The position numbers and the translations under genes are program-made. Source: Vermamoeba vermiformis (taxonomy: Eukaryota). Taken from it: a stretch of 64,000 nt of DNA. The stretch spans positions 1 through 64,000 of the forward strand of contig JBEWZL010000012.1 of NCBI GenBank assembly GCA_045837725.1, given 5' to 3'. Numbering within the stretch: position 1 is the first letter of the stretch; each line of letters starts with the position of its first letter. Shown here in pieces: positions 61,561 through 64,000 of this stretch. The notes under the pieces are model-generated. The model made no database searches. It was not told the DNA's origin and saw only the letters and a program-made list of their open reading frames with translations.

Positions 61561-64000
61561 TTACAAGCCCACGATGTTTTGCACCGCTCTGGCCAGTTGC
61601 GCAATGTTCAAATCGGCGGAAGAACTCAGCGCGTGCAGCACTGACGCGTCCAAGAATGTTGGCAAAGCTTGGCGCGTGAGATCGTAGCGCAACAGATCGT
61701 GAATGCACGCGAGAGATTGCACCACGACTGCCGCATTGTGATGTGCCAGCAGTGCGCTGAGTGGTGGCAAGCCCTGATCGATTACAGACTGCAAATGAGT
61801 GCTGTCCAAGGTCGATTGCACCAATCGCAGCACGTGAAGGATGCGGAGCTGGAGCTGAATGTCATCTGCGAGGGCGAGGGTCTTGAAGCAGTGCGTGGTG
61901 AGATCACGTGACATGAGTTCCGCGCGTGCCCTGGTGGAGAACAACATGTTGCCGAGCAGCATCACCGCGTTGTGCACGATCTGCAAATCACTGTTCTCTT
62001 CGCTGTCCATGTACTCCATAGACACGTGTGCCAGCATGCTGTCCAACACTGTCACGTGATTGGTCACAATGAACTCGCGGTTCTGTTCAGCGAGCGTGAG
62101 GTGCATCAGTGCCAACAGGACACTCTCGCGCAATAGACTGCTCAGCCGTGCGGTCTGACTGCTGTCGTGCTGCACACTCGCTGCGAGCTGGTCGAGGTCA
62201 CTGAGCAGCGTCACCAGGGCGCGCAAGACACCTGTCACGCGCATGTCATCCTTAGCTGTCTTGCACAGTGACAACCAACCAATCAGCTGCACGCTGTAGA
62301 TGACATCTGCCAGGGACAGGGCACTGCGGTCCACGTGCTCGGTGTGATATCCGTCGTCGGGGAGTGTTCCTAATATGGTCAACACCGTGCGCAGTGCGGG
62401 CATGACATCTTGCAGCAGAATCAAGTCGCGCACGTGATTGGCGGTCTGAGCGAGGGTGAGCAGCATGAGCAGCGTGGTCTGACGTATACCAGGGCCGTGC
62501 TCTGGATCACAAGCACGTGACAGCGACTTATTTAGCAAGAGCACGAGACTCTTGGTGAGAGTGGCGAGGTGATCGGCATCGATCTGTTGTGTCACGTGAT
62601 GCGGATTGTTCATGAGCACGCGGTACATGATCTGCAACACGGCTGTCAAATCGCTGTCCAACAGTGGTTGATTGGTCACGTGATCGCTCAAAAACAGATT
62701 TTGAAATCCCGCCAAATCGAGCAGGGTCGTGATGGCATTGCTCTGCTGTGAGAACGCATCGAGTCCGATCTGCGTGCGTGCCACGGCTAATAATAGCTGC
62801 ATGCCACTCGTCTTGATGCTGTCTACCAGGGCTTGTTGTGCCTCCGTGTCACTCGGGCCTGAACTTTGCACTTGTTGCGTCATGTCGAACATCACGGGAT
62901 TGGTGCTATTTTTGGGAGTGAACAGCGCGGCATCTTTCGTCACGTGACGACGCGAGGCGAGCACGGTGAGCAAGAGATCGACCAATCCGTGCTGCGCGAG
63001 CACTACGAGCACGTGATCGGTGTCAGCGAGCGATTGACACGCGCGAATGACATTGTACTGCAGCTGCAACAGACGCGTGTCATTCGGGGCACTCTGCGCG
63101 GCACGGTGCGACAGTCCCAGCACGGCAATCAAGTACTGCAAAGATTGCGCTGCCACCAGTCGGGGCCACAGTCCGCGATGCTGGCACAGCTGCACGATCA
63201 CGCGGCAACCGTTGTAAACACCCGCGAGATCTCCCTCGCTGCCCTGGTGTGTGAATCCAGTCAGGCCACTCACCAGGGCATCGAACTGCACGCGGGACAG
63301 CTGTCGTTCGTCGCGCACGTGCTCCACGATGTTTCCCAGCAAAAATGTGGCAAAGTCACGTGTCTGCTTGTCCGATGAGCCGAGCAGATTGATGACACGT
63401 GTCAAACTCGGATCACTGGCGAGCAGGCTGTCGACACGTGATCGATCGCCCGAATTGGTGCTGGTGATCAGTTCGCGCAGTGCCAGCAAGCGCCCTTCGC
63501 GGTGTTCAGATGCCAGCACGGCTATTAATAGCTCCACGCCACCCTGTGCCACCACACTCGACCACGTGCGCGGATCTTGCAAGCTGGCTGCTGTCACTGC
63601 TGCCACTAACTTGCCTAATAAGGCAGGGGACAACTCGTGCTCGACGATGAGTGTTACCAAAATAGGCAGTAGATCGCGTGATTGATCAGGGCTGGACTGC
63701 AAAGATAGCAGCAAGTCTACCGTGGCTTCAATTGGGGGAAGTTTTTCCGCAGGTGGTTGTGCCGAGGCTAAAAATAGCGACAGATTGCGTTTCAAGCTCG
63801 CGATGAGGTCCGGTGACTCGACCAGGGCAGCACGTGACTGCGGGTGTTGCTTCACCATGGTGGACAGCACGTGCACCAGGGCCAGTGCTTTTTTCATTTC
63901 CATTTTAGGATCAGTCACGTGCTCGTCGCCCTGGTTGAGCATGTTGCAGAGTGCCAGCACGCCACCCATGTTGAACCACGTGACAGCAACGCTCGCATCG
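61561..64000 (-). CDS. Armadillo/HEAT-repeat protein, 5' end beyond the window
   Basis: Open frame >800 aa running off the window end; Leu-rich helical repeats (GGVELLIAVL, GLVDLLLTVL, GVLRALVTLL, GLPPLSALL). Confidence 0.8.
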   Translation of the reverse strand, partial: DASVAVTWFNMGGVLALCNMLNQGDEHVTDPKMEMKKALALVHVLSTMVKQHPQSRAALVESPDLIASLKRNLSLFLASAQPPAEKLPPIEATVDLLLSLQSSPDQSRDLLPILVTLIVEHELSPALLGKLVAAVTAASLQDPRTWSSVVAQGGVELLIAVLASEHREGRLLALRELITSTNSGDRSRVDSLLASDPSLTRVINLLGSSDKQTRDFATFLLGNIVEHVRDERQLSRVQFDALVSGLTGFTHQGSEGDLAGVYNGCRVIVQLCQHRGLWPRLVAAQSLQYLIAVLGLSHRAAQSAPNDTRLLQLQYNVIRACQSLADTDHVLVVLAQHGLVDLLLTVLASRRHVTKDAALFTPKNSTNPVMFDMTQQVQSSGPSDTEAQQALVDSIKTSGMQLLLAVARTQIGLDAFSQQSNAITTLLDLAGFQNLFLSDHVTNQPLLDSDLTAVLQIMYRVLMNNPHHVTQQIDADHLATLTKSLVLLLNKSLSRACDPEHGPGIRQTTLLMLLTLAQTANHVRDLILLQDVMPALRTVLTILGTLPDDGYHTEHVDRSALSLADVIYSVQLIGWLSLCKTAKDDMRVTGVLRALVTLLSDLDQLAASVQHDSSQTARLSSLLRESVLLALMHLTLAEQNREFIVTNHVTVLDSMLAHVSMEYMDSEENSDLQIVHNAVMLLGNMLFSTRARAELMSRDLTTHCFKTLALADDIQLQLRILHVLRLVQSTLDSTHLQSVIDQGLPPLSALLAHHNAAVVVQSLACIHDLLRYDLTRQALPTFLDASVLHALSSSADLNIAQLARAVQNIVGL

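Noticed and set aside
1-64000. tRNA, rRNA or snoRNA genes
   Set aside because: No cloverleaf, rRNA-like or convincing C/D box structure was recognised by eye; a covariance-model search would be needed to exclude them.

Overview
Gene-dense eukaryotic DNA with short spliceosomal introns (mostly 45-70 nt) and the standard code. The gene content (GxcDD-like RacGEF, CARMIL-like LRR protein, tandem saposin protein) suggests an amoebozoan protist, which is an inference. Bases 1-5000 are non-genic: a 47-bp hairpin tandem array, duplicated and hairpin elements, then a ~3.8-kb strongly CpG-depleted tract that looks like a decayed, formerly methylated element. About 23 intron-containing genes follow. 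They are a heme peroxidase/fatty-acid-dioxygenase-like gene, an FAD oxidoreductase, two P450s, two divergently oriented paralogous giant Cys-rich multi-TM receptor-like genes (one with an intronic MITE), two Cys-rich surface proteins, CIR1, PEX4, a saposin protein, PCMT1, DEGS, an ATF6-like bZIP, an IQ-RhoGEF-PH-RPEL-CARMIL-like fusion, SF3A2, RBM8A, a pseudokinase, a Deg/HtrA protease, NDUFA13, a GxcDD-like gene, RPSA, a partial ARM-repeat gene and two orphans. The most unusual signal lies in certain gene bodies (~44.4-49.4 kb and 61.8-64 kb). Their introns and coding exons are densely packed with three classes of palindromic transcription-factor-like motifs: MADS-type CC(A/T)6GG and CTA(A/T)4TAG, TGACANNTGTCA, and CACGTG. 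These occur in several reading frames and appear to bias the encoded protein. Gene spans are start-to-stop including introns. Splice models and motif counts were read by eye.
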